The notes: a model not told the origin generated them from the letters alone. A stretch of 64,000 nucleotides of DNA from an uncultured Candidatus Saccharibacteria bacterium (GCA_963539465.1 CAUTMI010000002.1:47168-111167), one strand, 5' to 3'; counted from the stretch's first letter, positions 16,976 through 26,253 are shown. Numbers and translations: made by a program.

Positions 16976-17710
16976 TCAGAACCCGGCTAGCTCTTCGCCG
17001 TTCTTAATCATCTTGCGATAATGCTCTTCGCCAGCGTATTTCAAAATCTTCTTCTGTGCTTTCTCAAATTTCAAAAACAGGGAACCGTCCGCTCGGTGAA
17101 TATCCGTGCCAAGATAGGAAATTAAGTGTCGCTTCAATAAGATCTTTAACGTCTTTTTTGCCTTGCCGCCATATTGTCCAACAATGCTTCCAAAATTCCC
17201 CTGCAATTTTACCCCCAACTTAACTAGGTCCACTGCGGCGTCTGGATTTTTTTGCAAGAATAAGTAGCGCTCCGGATGTGCTAAAATCGGCGTAATCCCA
17301 CGTGCCTTTAGTTCAAAAATCATGTCGCGCAAAAACGGCACTTCCGCATAAAACGGCAGCTCAAACAGAATCTGATAACGAACGCCTTTCTTGCCTTCGA
17401 AATCGCCGCCGAGTGCAGATGATTTTTTTTCCACCAGGTGGTCAACCATTTTTGGATCGATATAGATTTCGTTGCCAGGTAGTAAAATAAATTTCACGCC
17501 GGCCCGATCAAGCTCCTTCTGTAATTTCTCACGAAGCAACTTTTTCTTCTGATTATCGGCCGCCTGCTCGTTGTCAGCAATGAAATGTGACGTACAGAAA
17601 CCTCCGCGAAAACCTAGCGCTGCCAGCTTTTTCGCCATCTCGACACTTTCTTGCATCGAGCGGCTGCCGTCGTCAATGCCAGGCAGGATATGTAAGTGTA
17701 AATCAATCAT
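16976..17710 (-). CDS. CpsB/YwqE-type PHP-family protein-tyrosine phosphatase
   Basis: MIDLHLHILPGIDDGS at the N-terminus, plus AHPERY and GTDIH motifs. Confidence 0.85.
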   Translation of the reverse strand: MIDLHLHILPGIDDGSRSMQESVEMAKKLAALGFRGGFCTSHFIADNEQAADNQKKKLLREKLQKELDRAGVKFILLPGNEIYIDPKMVDHLVEKKSSALGGDFEGKKGVRYQILFELPFYAEVPFLRDMIFELKARGITPILAHPERYLFLQKNPDAAVDLVKLGVKLQGNFGSIVGQYGGKAKKTLKILLKRHLISYLGTDIHRADGSLFLKFEKAQKKILKYAGEEHYRKMIKNGEELAGF

Positions 17711-17738
17711 AATCTAATTATATCCCACCCGCATCAAT

Positions 17739-19424
17739 CTAGTAGCTGTAGTATTTGTTGTAGTAGTCGCCGCGACGTTCATCTACAGTACGGTTCAAGA
17801 CAACACCGGAAACCTTCACGTCAATCGCCTCAAGCGCCTTCTTTGAGTTCTGCAAGTCTTCAATCGTGGTGATATTTGCAGAACAGACAACCACGGTGCG
17901 GTCGGTTTTCTTGGCCAGAATCAAAGAGTCTGAAAGCCCATCAAGTGGCGTGCCGTCAAGGATGATGTAATCGTATTTTTCTTTCGCCTCATTCAATAAC
18001 TCTTCCATGTCGCTGGAGTCTAGTAATTCACTTGGGTTTGGTGGCACCACACCACGCGTAATTACGCTCAAACTCTTCACGGAAGTTTTCTGTACATATT
18101 TTTCATATGCCTTAGCCTCATTCTCAGCTAGCAAGTTGGAAAGACCAGCCTTGTTTGAGAGGGCAAAGATTTCATGTTGACGACCAAGACGCATGTCACA
18201 GTCGACTAGAAGTACTTTCTTCTGGGTTTTCGCAAAAGCCACGGCGAGGTTTGACGCGATGAAGCTTTTACCTTCGTTTGGCGTCGAGCTGGTAATTAAC
18301 ACAGTATTTGATTTCTTATTATTCAATGAGAAGTAAAGACTGGTACGAATCGTACGAAAATCCTCACTCACCTTTGATTTTGGATTGTCGCGAAGTACAA
18401 GCTCAGAATCTTCATCAATCTCGTCGGTCTCAGTTTCGTCGATCTCGGCTTCTTCAGCCTCTTTTTCAGCTGCTAATTTCTCCTGAAGTGCCTTCTCTTC
18501 AGCAATAATCTTCCTACCAACTGCCTTAATTTCCACTACTTTTTTCACTGGAGCTTCTTCAGTTTTTTCTTCCGTCTCACTCTCTGCTTCGTCGGATTCT
18601 TCCGAGATGGCTTCCTCAGCTTCAAGATCTAAGGCCTTCTTTGCTTCCTCGCGTGCAAGTTTCTTTGCCAGTTTTTCTTGCTGCTTCTCAAGCTTCATAG
18701 CCTGCTTAGCTTCTTTTTTAGCACGTTTCTCAGCTTCTTTTTTGCGTTTTTCCTTCTGCTTTTCGGTTTCTAGTTTTCGCACCTTACCAAAAATTGGTAG
18801 CTTAAATAATTGCTCAATCTGTTCAGTAGTTTTAACCGTACGATCAAAATAGAACATAAGGAAGATAATTGCAGTAGCGAGCACTACGCCAGCAGCAAGA
18901 TAAATTGCCTCTTGTTTCACTACATCCACATTGTATGGCTTCTGTGGCTCAACTGCGCGGTCCAGCACGTTAACGCTTTTATCGTTATAAATTAAGCCAA
19001 TTTCGGAAGTAAATACCTCAGCAATACTGTTTGCAAGTTCAAAAGCATGGTAATGATTGGCATCCACCACAGAAATACTAATAATCTCGGTGTCTTTAAG
19101 GGAAGAAACATTAATCTTTTTCACCAGCTGTTCATAAGAGTCGTCAATCAACATCTCACGCTTCACGCGATCGAGCACGCGGTGGGATTTTACCACCTCG
19201 GTATAAGTATCAATCAAGTTTTTGTTGGCGTTGATTTCATTTTGCACGGTATTTTTTGATTTGTCCGAGCTCAAAATTACGGTTGCCTGTGCCTTATATT
19301 CAGGTTTCTGCACAAAAATAGTATAAAAAGTACCGCCAGCGACAACGAGTACCACAAAAGTTACAAACAAGATCAAGTGCTTCTTGAAATAAGCCAAAAG
19401 ATCTCTCAAATTAATTTCTTCCAT
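17739..19424 (-). CDS. Fused Wzz/CpsC-CpsD polysaccharide co-polymerase and BY-type tyrosine autokinase
   Basis: Wzz-like N-domain with 2 TMs and a K/E-rich linker. P-loop SSTPNEGKS, DCDMR, ILDGTP, and a Tyr-cluster tail GDYYNKYYSY. The start is taken at the MEEINL Met; the ORF extends to 19448. Confidence 0.8.
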   Translation of the reverse strand: MEEINLRDLLAYFKKHLILFVTFVVLVVAGGTFYTIFVQKPEYKAQATVILSSDKSKNTVQNEINANKNLIDTYTEVVKSHRVLDRVKREMLIDDSYEQLVKKINVSSLKDTEIISISVVDANHYHAFELANSIAEVFTSEIGLIYNDKSVNVLDRAVEPQKPYNVDVVKQEAIYLAAGVVLATAIIFLMFYFDRTVKTTEQIEQLFKLPIFGKVRKLETEKQKEKRKKEAEKRAKKEAKQAMKLEKQQEKLAKKLAREEAKKALDLEAEEAISEESDEAESETEEKTEEAPVKKVVEIKAVGRKIIAEEKALQEKLAAEKEAEEAEIDETETDEIDEDSELVLRDNPKSKVSEDFRTIRTSLYFSLNNKKSNTVLITSSTPNEGKSFIASNLAVAFAKTQKKVLLVDCDMRLGRQHEIFALSNKAGLSNLLAENEAKAYEKYVQKTSVKSLSVITRGVVPPNPSELLDSSDMEELLNEAKEKYDYIILDGTPLDGLSDSLILAKKTDRTVVVCSANITTIEDLQNSKKALEAIDVKVSGVVLNRTVDERRGDYYNKYYSY

Positions 19425-19560
19425 ATCCCATATTATAACATAAAACAACCGGTATTGTAAAGAGTTACCATATCAAAACGAAATAATGCAATAAGGATAA
19501 GCTGTATCTGTAAAATGGACATTTACTATAAATACCGGTCTAGTCCCACCCCTGTAAAGC

Positions 19561-19589
19561 TTGCATTTTTTTAATGTTTCTGCTAAAAT
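19561..19589 (+). promoter_or_regulatory. Promoter of an orphan transcription unit upstream of aspS
   Basis: TTGCAT (19561-19566), a 17-nt spacer, then the extended -10 TGcTAAAAT (19581-19589). Confidence 0.5.
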
Positions 19590-19595
19590 CTCAGG

Positions 19596-19880
19596 TATTG
19601 CTCTTTTCCACAAGTCATTCTAGAGTATTTTGACTTACGAGGTGGGTCGGTCGCGAGCAATAGAATTAAACGGAGTAAGAATTTTACTTATGCGTAGACT
19701 TAAACGTGAATCTTCGCGCAAAAAGTCGAAAATTCCTCCTGCCCCATGGCAAGAGTTCATTATTTACTAATTAGAAGGGTCAAACTTCCTTGAAGATTCA
19801 GCCTGAGAGCTAAAAACGCAAATCTTCAAGCACGATTATTAAATAAGGAAAATATCACCCCAAAAGGTGATATTTTTTTG
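19596..19880 (+). ncRNA. Candidate structured RNA or leader (about 285 nt), family not recognised
   Basis: It is bounded by the promoter above and the terminator AATATCACC/GGTGATATT (19851-19874) with a T-run. It contains an 8-bp 5' closing helix (19596-19603/19655-19662) and a perfect 10-bp stem (19789-19798/19821-19830). The only ORF is 26 codons (19690-19770). Confidence 0.35.
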
Positions 19881-19883
19881 ATT

Positions 19884-19952
19884 CTATCTTGCTAATCAGT
19901 ACAATACTATCTTGCCAATCAGTGGAACACTATCTTGCCAATCAGAGCAACA
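19884..19952 (+). repeat. Three tandem 23-bp direct repeats (CTATCTTGCYAATCAG + 7 variable nt) upstream of the aspS promoter
   Basis: Units at 19884-19906, 19907-19929 and 19930-19952. The 16-nt core is identical except for one base in unit 1. Confidence 0.8.
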
Positions 19953-19995
19953 CTTTAGGTTTCCCCTATTCTCTAAGATGTGGTATTATTTTTTT

Positions 19996-21759
19996 ATGAG
20001 AATATTGTCTGGAGAATTGAAAACGAAATTAAATCAAACCGTAACTGTTGCCGGTTGGGTTAATTCCCGCCGTGATCATGGTGGTCTTATCTTTATCGAT
20101 TTACGCGACCATCAGGGAATTATTCAGCTAGTTATCACTCCAGAAAATAGTCAAGCCTTCACTCTTGCCGAATCCTTGCGTGACGAATACGTTATCTCTG
20201 CAACCGGTCTGATCCGCGAGCGCGCCGCTGAACTCAAAAACCCAAACATTGAAACTGGTGACATCGAACTTGTAGTCGAAAGCATCGAACTCTTGAATCG
20301 CTCCGACACTCCTCCAGTCAATACCCACGACGATGGACCTGAATCCAGCGAGGAGCTTCGCCTCAAATATCGTTATCTTGATTTGCGTCGTCCAAGCATG
20401 CAAAAGACTCTGAAGCGCCGCGCCAAGTTTTATTCCTACCTCAGAAATTACATGGATCAGCACGACTTTATCGAGGTCACCACGCCAATTCTCGCTAACT
20501 CCAGCCCTGAAGGTGCTCGTGACTTCCTCGTGCCATCCCGTCTGAAACCAGGTCTCTTCTATGCGCTTCCTCAGGCTCCTCAGCAGTTCAAACAGCTCCT
20601 CATGGTTGGTGGTCTGCCACGTTATTATCAGATTGCTCCATGTTTCCGCGACGAGGATCCTCGTGCCGACCGTCTTTATGGTGATTTTTATCAGCTAGAC
20701 TGTGAGATGTCCTTCGTCGATAAGGGTGAAACTGTCAGACAGACTGTCGAGCCACTCATCAAGTCTCTCGTCACCGACTTTGCTGGCAAAAAACTTTTCT
20801 CTGAAGAAATCCCACGCATTTCATACCAGGAATCTATGGAAAAATACGGTGTCGATAAACCAGACCTTCGCTACGGCATGGAAATGATCGAGCTTACTGA
20901 AATCCTCAAAGACACTAGCTTCAAAGTCTTCCAGAGTCCATGCGTTAAAGCTATCTGTGTTAAAAATGGTGCCAGCCTCACTCGTTCTCAGATCGACCAG
21001 TTCACTGAAAAAGCCAGGAAACTTGGCGCCTCCGGTCTCGCTTACATCATGTATGAAAACGGTACCGAAAAAAGTCCAATTGCTAAATTCTTGCAACCTG
21101 AAGAACTTGCCAAAATCAAAGAAGCCACTGGCGCTAAAGATGGTGACGCTGTCTTCTTCTGCTCTGATGACCGCGCTAAGGTGAACAAAATCCTCGGACA
21201 ACTCCGCATCGCTTTTGCCGATCACTTTAACCTGAAGGACGACTCTATTGTTGCGCTTTGTTGGATTGTTGACTTCCCATTCTACGAATGGAATGATGGC
21301 GAACGTAAAATCGACTTCGGTCACAACCCATTCTCGATGCCAAAAGGCGGCCTCGCTGCTCTTGAAGCTGCAGAAACCGATGAAGAAAAACTTGCCATCG
21401 TCGCTGATCAGTACGACATGGTGATGAATGGCTATGAAATCTGTTCTGGCGCCGTCAGGAATCACAATCCTGAAATCATGTACAAAGTTTTCAATATTCT
21501 TGGCTATGGTCATGAATACGTCGAGAAACGCTTTGGTGGCATGCTCAATGCCTTCAAATTTGGTGCACCTCCACACGCTGGCTGCGCCTTCGGTATCGAG
21601 CGTATCTTCATGGTCTTAAACGACACAAAGAACATCCGCGACATCGTGGCCTTCCCAAAGAACGGCTCTGGTATCGACCTCATGATGAGTTCTCCATCCT
21701 TTGTTGACGAATATCAGCTAAAGGATGCACATATTCAGATTATTGAAGATGAGGAATAA
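19996..21759 (+). CDS. aspS: Aspartyl-tRNA synthetase, bacterial type
   Basis: MRILSGELKTKLNQTVTVAGWV is a typical N-terminus. Class II motifs are present (QIAPCFRDEDPRADR, GAPPHAGCAFGIERI), as is the GAD-type insertion. The start is chosen at the Met preceded by TGgTATTAT. Confidence 0.9.
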   Translation: MRILSGELKTKLNQTVTVAGWVNSRRDHGGLIFIDLRDHQGIIQLVITPENSQAFTLAESLRDEYVISATGLIRERAAELKNPNIETGDIELVVESIELLNRSDTPPVNTHDDGPESSEELRLKYRYLDLRRPSMQKTLKRRAKFYSYLRNYMDQHDFIEVTTPILANSSPEGARDFLVPSRLKPGLFYALPQAPQQFKQLLMVGGLPRYYQIAPCFRDEDPRADRLYGDFYQLDCEMSFVDKGETVRQTVEPLIKSLVTDFAGKKLFSEEIPRISYQESMEKYGVDKPDLRYGMEMIELTEILKDTSFKVFQSPCVKAICVKNGASLTRSQIDQFTEKARKLGASGLAYIMYENGTEKSPIAKFLQPEELAKIKEATGAKDGDAVFFCSDDRAKVNKILGQLRIAFADHFNLKDDSIVALCWIVDFPFYEWNDGERKIDFGHNPFSMPKGGLAALEAAETDEEKLAIVADQYDMVMNGYEICSGAVRNHNPEIMYKVFNILGYGHEYVEKRFGGMLNAFKFGAPPHAGCAFGIERIFMVLNDTKNIRDIVAFPKNGSGIDLMMSSPSFVDEYQLKDAHIQIIEDEE

Positions 21760-21773
21760 GAGACTCTAGCCAT

Positions 21774-21804
21774 AAAAAATCTACACCGCAGTGTAGATTT
21801 TTTT
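21774..21804. terminator. Bidirectional terminator between the convergent aspS and uppP genes
   Basis: An A-run, then ATCTACAC/GTGTAGAT (21779-21798), then a T-run. Confidence 0.75.
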
Positions 21805-21813
21805 ATCCAAGTT

Positions 21814-22620
21814 TTAGGCAAAGATTACAATACTAAGCAGCACACAGGCGAGCAGAACTCGGTAGTAGCCAAAGGCTGGGATCGAATTTTCCTTCTTGAA
21901 GAATTTCATCACCACCTTCAAGGCGATTAGACCAGAGACAAAAGCGACCAAATTAGAAAATAGCAGCATCTGCCAGTTTGCGGCAATATAAGCGCGACTT
22001 GAACTTGAAAGTAGCGACTTGCCGCACACTGCCGTCATGATTGGGAGAGAAGCAAGGAAAGAATATTTCGCGGCTGAAGCAGAGTTCATTCCCATTACAC
22101 GACCAGCAATAATCGTTGATCCAGAACGAGAAACGCCCGGAATCAAAGCAAATACCTGTGCAAGGCCAATCACAAGCGCCCTTTTATGAGGTAATTTATT
22201 TTCGTCAGTCTCAGATTTGTGTGGCAAACGATTTACGAAAATCATCAAAAGCCCCACGGTGCCCATTGCGATTGCAATCGTGGTCAGAGCGGAGAAGAAA
22301 CTATGCTGCTCAATAAATTTTGATAGCACTAGCCCAATCAGTCCAGCTGGAATCGAAGTAATCAGAAGATTCATCGCCATATGCATGTCGCGCTTAACAA
22401 ATACTTGCTTAAAAATCTTCGCAATTTCTTTACGATAATAGATTAAAAGTGCAAACAAGGTTCCGAAATTAATCAGCTCCAAAAAGAAATGAAAATCGTC
22501 CGCGCGACTCCCGGCGCCTAATAATTTTTGGACTAGCTCCAGATGCCCAGAAGAAGACACTGGAATAAACTCGGTCAGACCTTGCGTCAAACCTAAAACA
22601 AGTGATTCAATTACATTCAT
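21814..22620 (-). CDS. uppP: Undecaprenyl-diphosphate phosphatase
   Basis: GLTEFIPVSSSGHL and PGVSRSGSTI motifs; polytopic membrane protein. Confidence 0.9.
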   Translation of the reverse strand: MNVIESLVLGLTQGLTEFIPVSSSGHLELVQKLLGAGSRADDFHFFLELINFGTLFALLIYYRKEIAKIFKQVFVKRDMHMAMNLLITSIPAGLIGLVLSKFIEQHSFFSALTTIAIAMGTVGLLMIFVNRLPHKSETDENKLPHKRALVIGLAQVFALIPGVSRSGSTIIAGRVMGMNSASAAKYSFLASLPIMTAVCGKSLLSSSSRAYIAANWQMLLFSNLVAFVSGLIALKVVMKFFKKENSIPAFGYYRVLLACVLLSIVIFA

Positions 22621-22719
22621 ACTAGTATTATAGCGAATAATCTGTTTTCTTTACAATCTTGAAATATCATGTATAATATGTCAAAAGAATATTATTAAAA
22701 ATCACAGGGAATTAAATTA

Positions 22720-23094
22720 ATGCCGATTATCAAATCTGCAAAAAAGGCAGCACGCCAAGCAGTCAAACGCACTGCGCAGAATCAACAAATTAAAAAGTTC
22801 ATTAAGGCCGCTCTTAAAGCTTTCAAGGCTGAACCAACTCCTGAAAATCTTTCAAAAGCTCAGTCTGAATATGACAAAGCTGCAAAGAAAGGTCTTTTGA
22901 AGAAAAATACCGCTTCTCGCCGCAAAGCAAACTTAGTTAAAATCGCTAAGGCTGCAAAAGCTGAAGTTAAAGAAGCTCCAAAGACTGTGAAAAAAGCTGT
23001 TGCAAAGAAGCCTGCTGCTAAGAAAACCGCTGCAAAAAAGGCAACCGCTGCAAAAAAGGCAACTACCAAAAAAGCAACTGCCAAGAAAGCTTAA
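22720..23094 (+). CDS. rpsT: 30S ribosomal protein S20 with a Lys/Ala-rich C-terminal extension
   Basis: MPIIKSAKKAARQAVKRTAQNQ is an S20 N-terminus. The protein is 124 aa because of an AKK/TAAKK repeat tail. Confidence 0.85.
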   Translation: MPIIKSAKKAARQAVKRTAQNQQIKKFIKAALKAFKAEPTPENLSKAQSEYDKAAKKGLLKKNTASRRKANLVKIAKAAKAEVKEAPKTVKKAVAKKPAAKKTAAKKATAAKKATTKKATAKKA

Positions 23095-23124
23095 GTAGTC
23101 GCCAAGAAGGCTTAGTCAATCTTT

Positions 23125-23151
23125 AAAATAGGGCCCAGCGCCCTATTTTTT
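23125..23151. terminator. Bidirectional terminator between the convergent rpsT and holA-like genes
   Basis: TAGGGC/GCCCTA (23129-23145) flanked by an A-run and a T-run. Confidence 0.6.
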
Positions 23152-23781
23152 GTCTGATAATTCAAGCAAAAAAGTTTCCAGCAAAAGCCAAGGCTCTTTC
23201 GAAAAACTAGTTTGTTTTAGCATCATATCAATTTCGGCGAGCTTCTTCACGATGCGTTTTTCGCGTTCACCATTTGGTCTGGCCGCCAGTAAATCCACTG
23301 CCTTCTTGGTCCAGGACCCCACTGTTAGGTATGGGCTATTATTCTCCTCAGCCTCACGCAGTAGTTTTACCGCCCTCTTTCCGTCGGTCAGGGCAACATC
23401 AAACACGCGAAAAGTTAAGAATTTGTCTACCTCTTCAGTAATCTTAAATTCATCAATCTTCACCTGCTGGGGATTCTTCTTCGCTACAGCAGCTAATTCC
23501 TTATAGACGGCATTTCTCTTGTCGATCTTCTGTTCTAAAATCACGATTCTGTGTTCAGTCTCAAGATATTTTGGAAGCTCTGCGAATAATTCTTTCTTTG
23601 CCCCCAAATCCTTGATTAGGATTTTTCTCGTTTCAAAAAACAACGTCGTACCCTGGAAAATCGACACCAAATCTGCCTTTTCCAGACTCTCTGCATCAAT
23701 TACTTCATAATTTTCACCCAAAAAATCCTTAGCTTTTGACTCAGCTTTTTTGCGATCGTCTCCATCAATTAAATAAATCAT
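23143..23781 (-). CDS. holA: DNA polymerase III delta subunit-like protein (short form)
   Basis: MIYLIDGDD...IFQGTTLFFETRKILIKDL resembles the HolA N-domain. Its ATG overlaps the mutM stop in an ATGA arrangement. The assignment is moderate. Confidence 0.55.
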   Translation of the reverse strand: MIYLIDGDDRKKAESKAKDFLGENYEVIDAESLEKADLVSIFQGTTLFFETRKILIKDLGAKKELFAELPKYLETEHRIVILEQKIDKRNAVYKELAAVAKKNPQQVKIDEFKITEEVDKFLTFRVFDVALTDGKRAVKLLREAEENNSPYLTVGSWTKKAVDLLAARPNGEREKRIVKKLAEIDMMLKQTSFSKEPWLLLETFLLELSDKK

Positions 23782-24704
23782 AGATTCTTCTGTTGGCAAT
23801 GCGGGCAAAGATGTGTGCCGCGACCTGCCACCTTTATTTTAATAATTTCCGTTCCACAGCGATTGCAAGGCTCACCTTCTCGGCGAAAAACCTGTGCAAA
23901 TTTTTGTAGGTAATCCCCACGTGTGCCATCCGCCTTCACATAAGTTGCCATCGTACTCCCACCAGAATCAATCGAGGCTTGCATTACCGATTTTGCCGCT
24001 TCTAATAAGTCGGAAATCTCTGCTTCACTAAGCGATCCAGTCAATCTTTCCGGATGAATTTTAGCTAGGAATAGCGCCTCGTCCGCGTAAATATTACCAA
24101 GTCCGGCAATCACTGTCTGATCAAGAATAGTAGGTTTTATCTCCGCATTCTTGTGCCGCGCCAGGTTTTTAGAAAACTCCGCCACGCTCATTTGCCATGG
24201 TTCTTTTGCCAGTTTCTTAATAAAACTATCTTGCATTACTTCGCTAGTCTCTAGAACCTTACAAAACCCAAACTTTCGCTGGTCGTTAAAATATAAAGTT
24301 CCATTCTCGAGAGTGAACAATACGCGAGTCTGCTTGTTTGGTAACTCCGAGAAGAAGCTATCCGTCGGGTGGCCGCCCGCAAAACTTTTTTCATCATAAA
24401 GCGAGGTTTTGAAATCACCAGCCTCAATCATTTCTCGATAATCTTTGCCGGATTCCTCGCCGAAAGCCCGGAAAATTAGCTGTCCGGTCATTCTCAGATG
24501 TACCATCATCGAAACTCCGTTTGCAAAATCAAAAATCAGCGCCTTTCCAAAACGGCGAATAGCAATAATTTCTTGCCCAAAAATCAACTCCTTCGGGCCG
24601 ATAAAAGATTTATCACAAAAAACCTGCACGGTCTTTACGCACTTTCGCAAAATAAACTGATCTAACCCCCGACGAATTGTTTCAACTTCCGGTAACTCTG
24701 GCAT
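23778..24704 (-). CDS. mutM: Formamidopyrimidine-DNA glycosylase
   Basis: The catalytic N-terminus MPELPEVE and the C-terminal zinc finger CNRCGTEIIKIKVAGRGTHLCPHCQ. Confidence 0.9.
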   Translation of the reverse strand: MPELPEVETIRRGLDQFILRKCVKTVQVFCDKSFIGPKELIFGQEIIAIRRFGKALIFDFANGVSMMVHLRMTGQLIFRAFGEESGKDYREMIEAGDFKTSLYDEKSFAGGHPTDSFFSELPNKQTRVLFTLENGTLYFNDQRKFGFCKVLETSEVMQDSFIKKLAKEPWQMSVAEFSKNLARHKNAEIKPTILDQTVIAGLGNIYADEALFLAKIHPERLTGSLSEAEISDLLEAAKSVMQASIDSGGSTMATYVKADGTRGDYLQKFAQVFRREGEPCNRCGTEIIKIKVAGRGTHLCPHCQQKNL

Positions 24705-24921
24705 AGCTCTATTTTATCCTAAATTCCGCAAACTCTCCACATTAAAAAGGCGCAGGTCTCAGCGCGGATCTATTGGTTAGACAAATCAAAATATGTGCAA
24801 GCCTTTTAAATATGGAAATCACAAGAATCATCAAGCTTATGCTTGACTATAATTATAAAATATTGTAGAATCGCGGCAACTACGGGGAAGGTCCCCGAGG
24901 GTTCTTTGAAAGGAGTGTAAC

Positions 24922-26214
24922 ATGAAAAAGCAGAATTTGTTACCGTTGGCAACCGTTGTTGCACTTTGCATGAGTGCAACGTCTATCACTGTCCCGCTTG
25001 GCGCGCTCAATTTTGGCGCACAGACGGTTTATGCAGGTGTTGTAAAACGCAGCGCTTCTAGTAAGGCTGCCGGCACGACATCCGCCGCAACTACTGACGC
25101 ATCTTCGGATGCAAACACCACTAAGCAGGAAACCTCGATTGGCACTGCAGCTTTCAGCGACGGCAAGACCTACACCGAAGTTGATTCGAATGGTCAGGTC
25201 GTCATACGGCGGGATTTGCAGGACGGCGCTTCGAAATACGCCATCCCCACCTATCGCGGAAATTTGTTCTCAAGTGATTTTCACCGTGTTTCTGGTGGAT
25301 ACATCGAAGATGAGAAGATTTTTAATCCGCTCATCAATGACGATGGAAGTCGCCGCAGAATGAAGGAACCGAAAATGTATCCGGAGGAAGTATATAAGTC
25401 GAGCGATTGGTTGCTTCCGAATGGTGTCGCGAAGACACCGAGCTATCTTGGCGCAGAGCTTGAAGTTGAAACAGCCAGTTTTGATGACAGGTCGACACGC
25501 TACCCTATAGCGCCAGAACCGGATGGGGCCGCGCATTTTTCGCCGACATGGCTCTATCACACTAAGACCATTACTGAGGATCATCCTTGGCCTGCAATCA
25601 ATCCGATAACCAATAGGCCATTATGGGATACTCAGCCGTTCTGGAGAAGTGACAATAGCTTTGATCTGTATGGATACCTGAAGCAGTTCACCCCGGAACA
25701 AAAGAATAGCTACGCATATATGTATGTAGATGGAGGCACCAATGGAGGCAAGTTTGGAAGAAACAAGACAAGGTACGGTAGTCTTTTTACATTAACTCAT
25801 GACCATCAGATTCAATTTGATCATGACCCGGATGCTGGCGCCGTACTCTACTTGGAAGTTAATCTTGCCAATTCTGTAGTCTTCGATGATGACTACAATG
25901 GGGCTTATGGTGGGGTAAGGCTTAGTGCAGGCTGCAAATTATCTGACGGTACAAGAGTAGATGCACTTGGTCAGGCTCGAATCAAGCCCGGCTGCCAAGG
26001 CCAGAAAATTCGAATCACCGGAACAAATGACGCATATATTAATGAGGCAGTGCTTAAAGGTCTCGAAATAATTATGCGTTCTTATACGGAGGACCATACT
26101 CTTCTCAAAGGAACTGAGGGAAGTAATCCTTGGAGAGAAATATCCATCCCCGGGGCTGATAAGGAAAACGCAAAGGTCATATTGTTTGCAGAACGCTATG
26201 AAGTATCAAATTGA
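24922..26214 (+). CDS. Secreted hypothetical protein (430 aa) with codon usage unlike its neighbours
   Basis: Signal peptide MKKQNLLPLATVVALCMSATS...TVYA. It has its own promoter (TTGACT 24843-48, 17 nt, TAGAAT 24866-71), an AGGAG RBS and a GC-rich hairpin downstream. No recognisable domain. Confidence 0.6.
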   Translation: MKKQNLLPLATVVALCMSATSITVPLGALNFGAQTVYAGVVKRSASSKAAGTTSAATTDASSDANTTKQETSIGTAAFSDGKTYTEVDSNGQVVIRRDLQDGASKYAIPTYRGNLFSSDFHRVSGGYIEDEKIFNPLINDDGSRRRMKEPKMYPEEVYKSSDWLLPNGVAKTPSYLGAELEVETASFDDRSTRYPIAPEPDGAAHFSPTWLYHTKTITEDHPWPAINPITNRPLWDTQPFWRSDNSFDLYGYLKQFTPEQKNSYAYMYVDGGTNGGKFGRNKTRYGSLFTLTHDHQIQFDHDPDAGAVLYLEVNLANSVVFDDDYNGAYGGVRLSAGCKLSDGTRVDALGQARIKPGCQGQKIRITGTNDAYINEAVLKGLEIIMRSYTEDHTLLKGTEGSNPWREISIPGADKENAKVILFAERYEVSN

Positions 26215-26253
26215 GACAGTAATATTGTCTGTTGCTCTTCGTGTTCGTCTCCT

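Noticed and set aside
19596-19880. A T-box riboswitch controlling aspS
   Set aside because: GGTGGGTCGGTCGCG vaguely resembles the T-box GGUGGUACCGCG. However, it sits near the 5' end, far from the terminator. No specifier-loop or AGAGA-type elements were seen. The T-box and terminator are not arranged as alternative helices. The sequence also lacks RNase P, tmRNA, SRP and 6S signatures.
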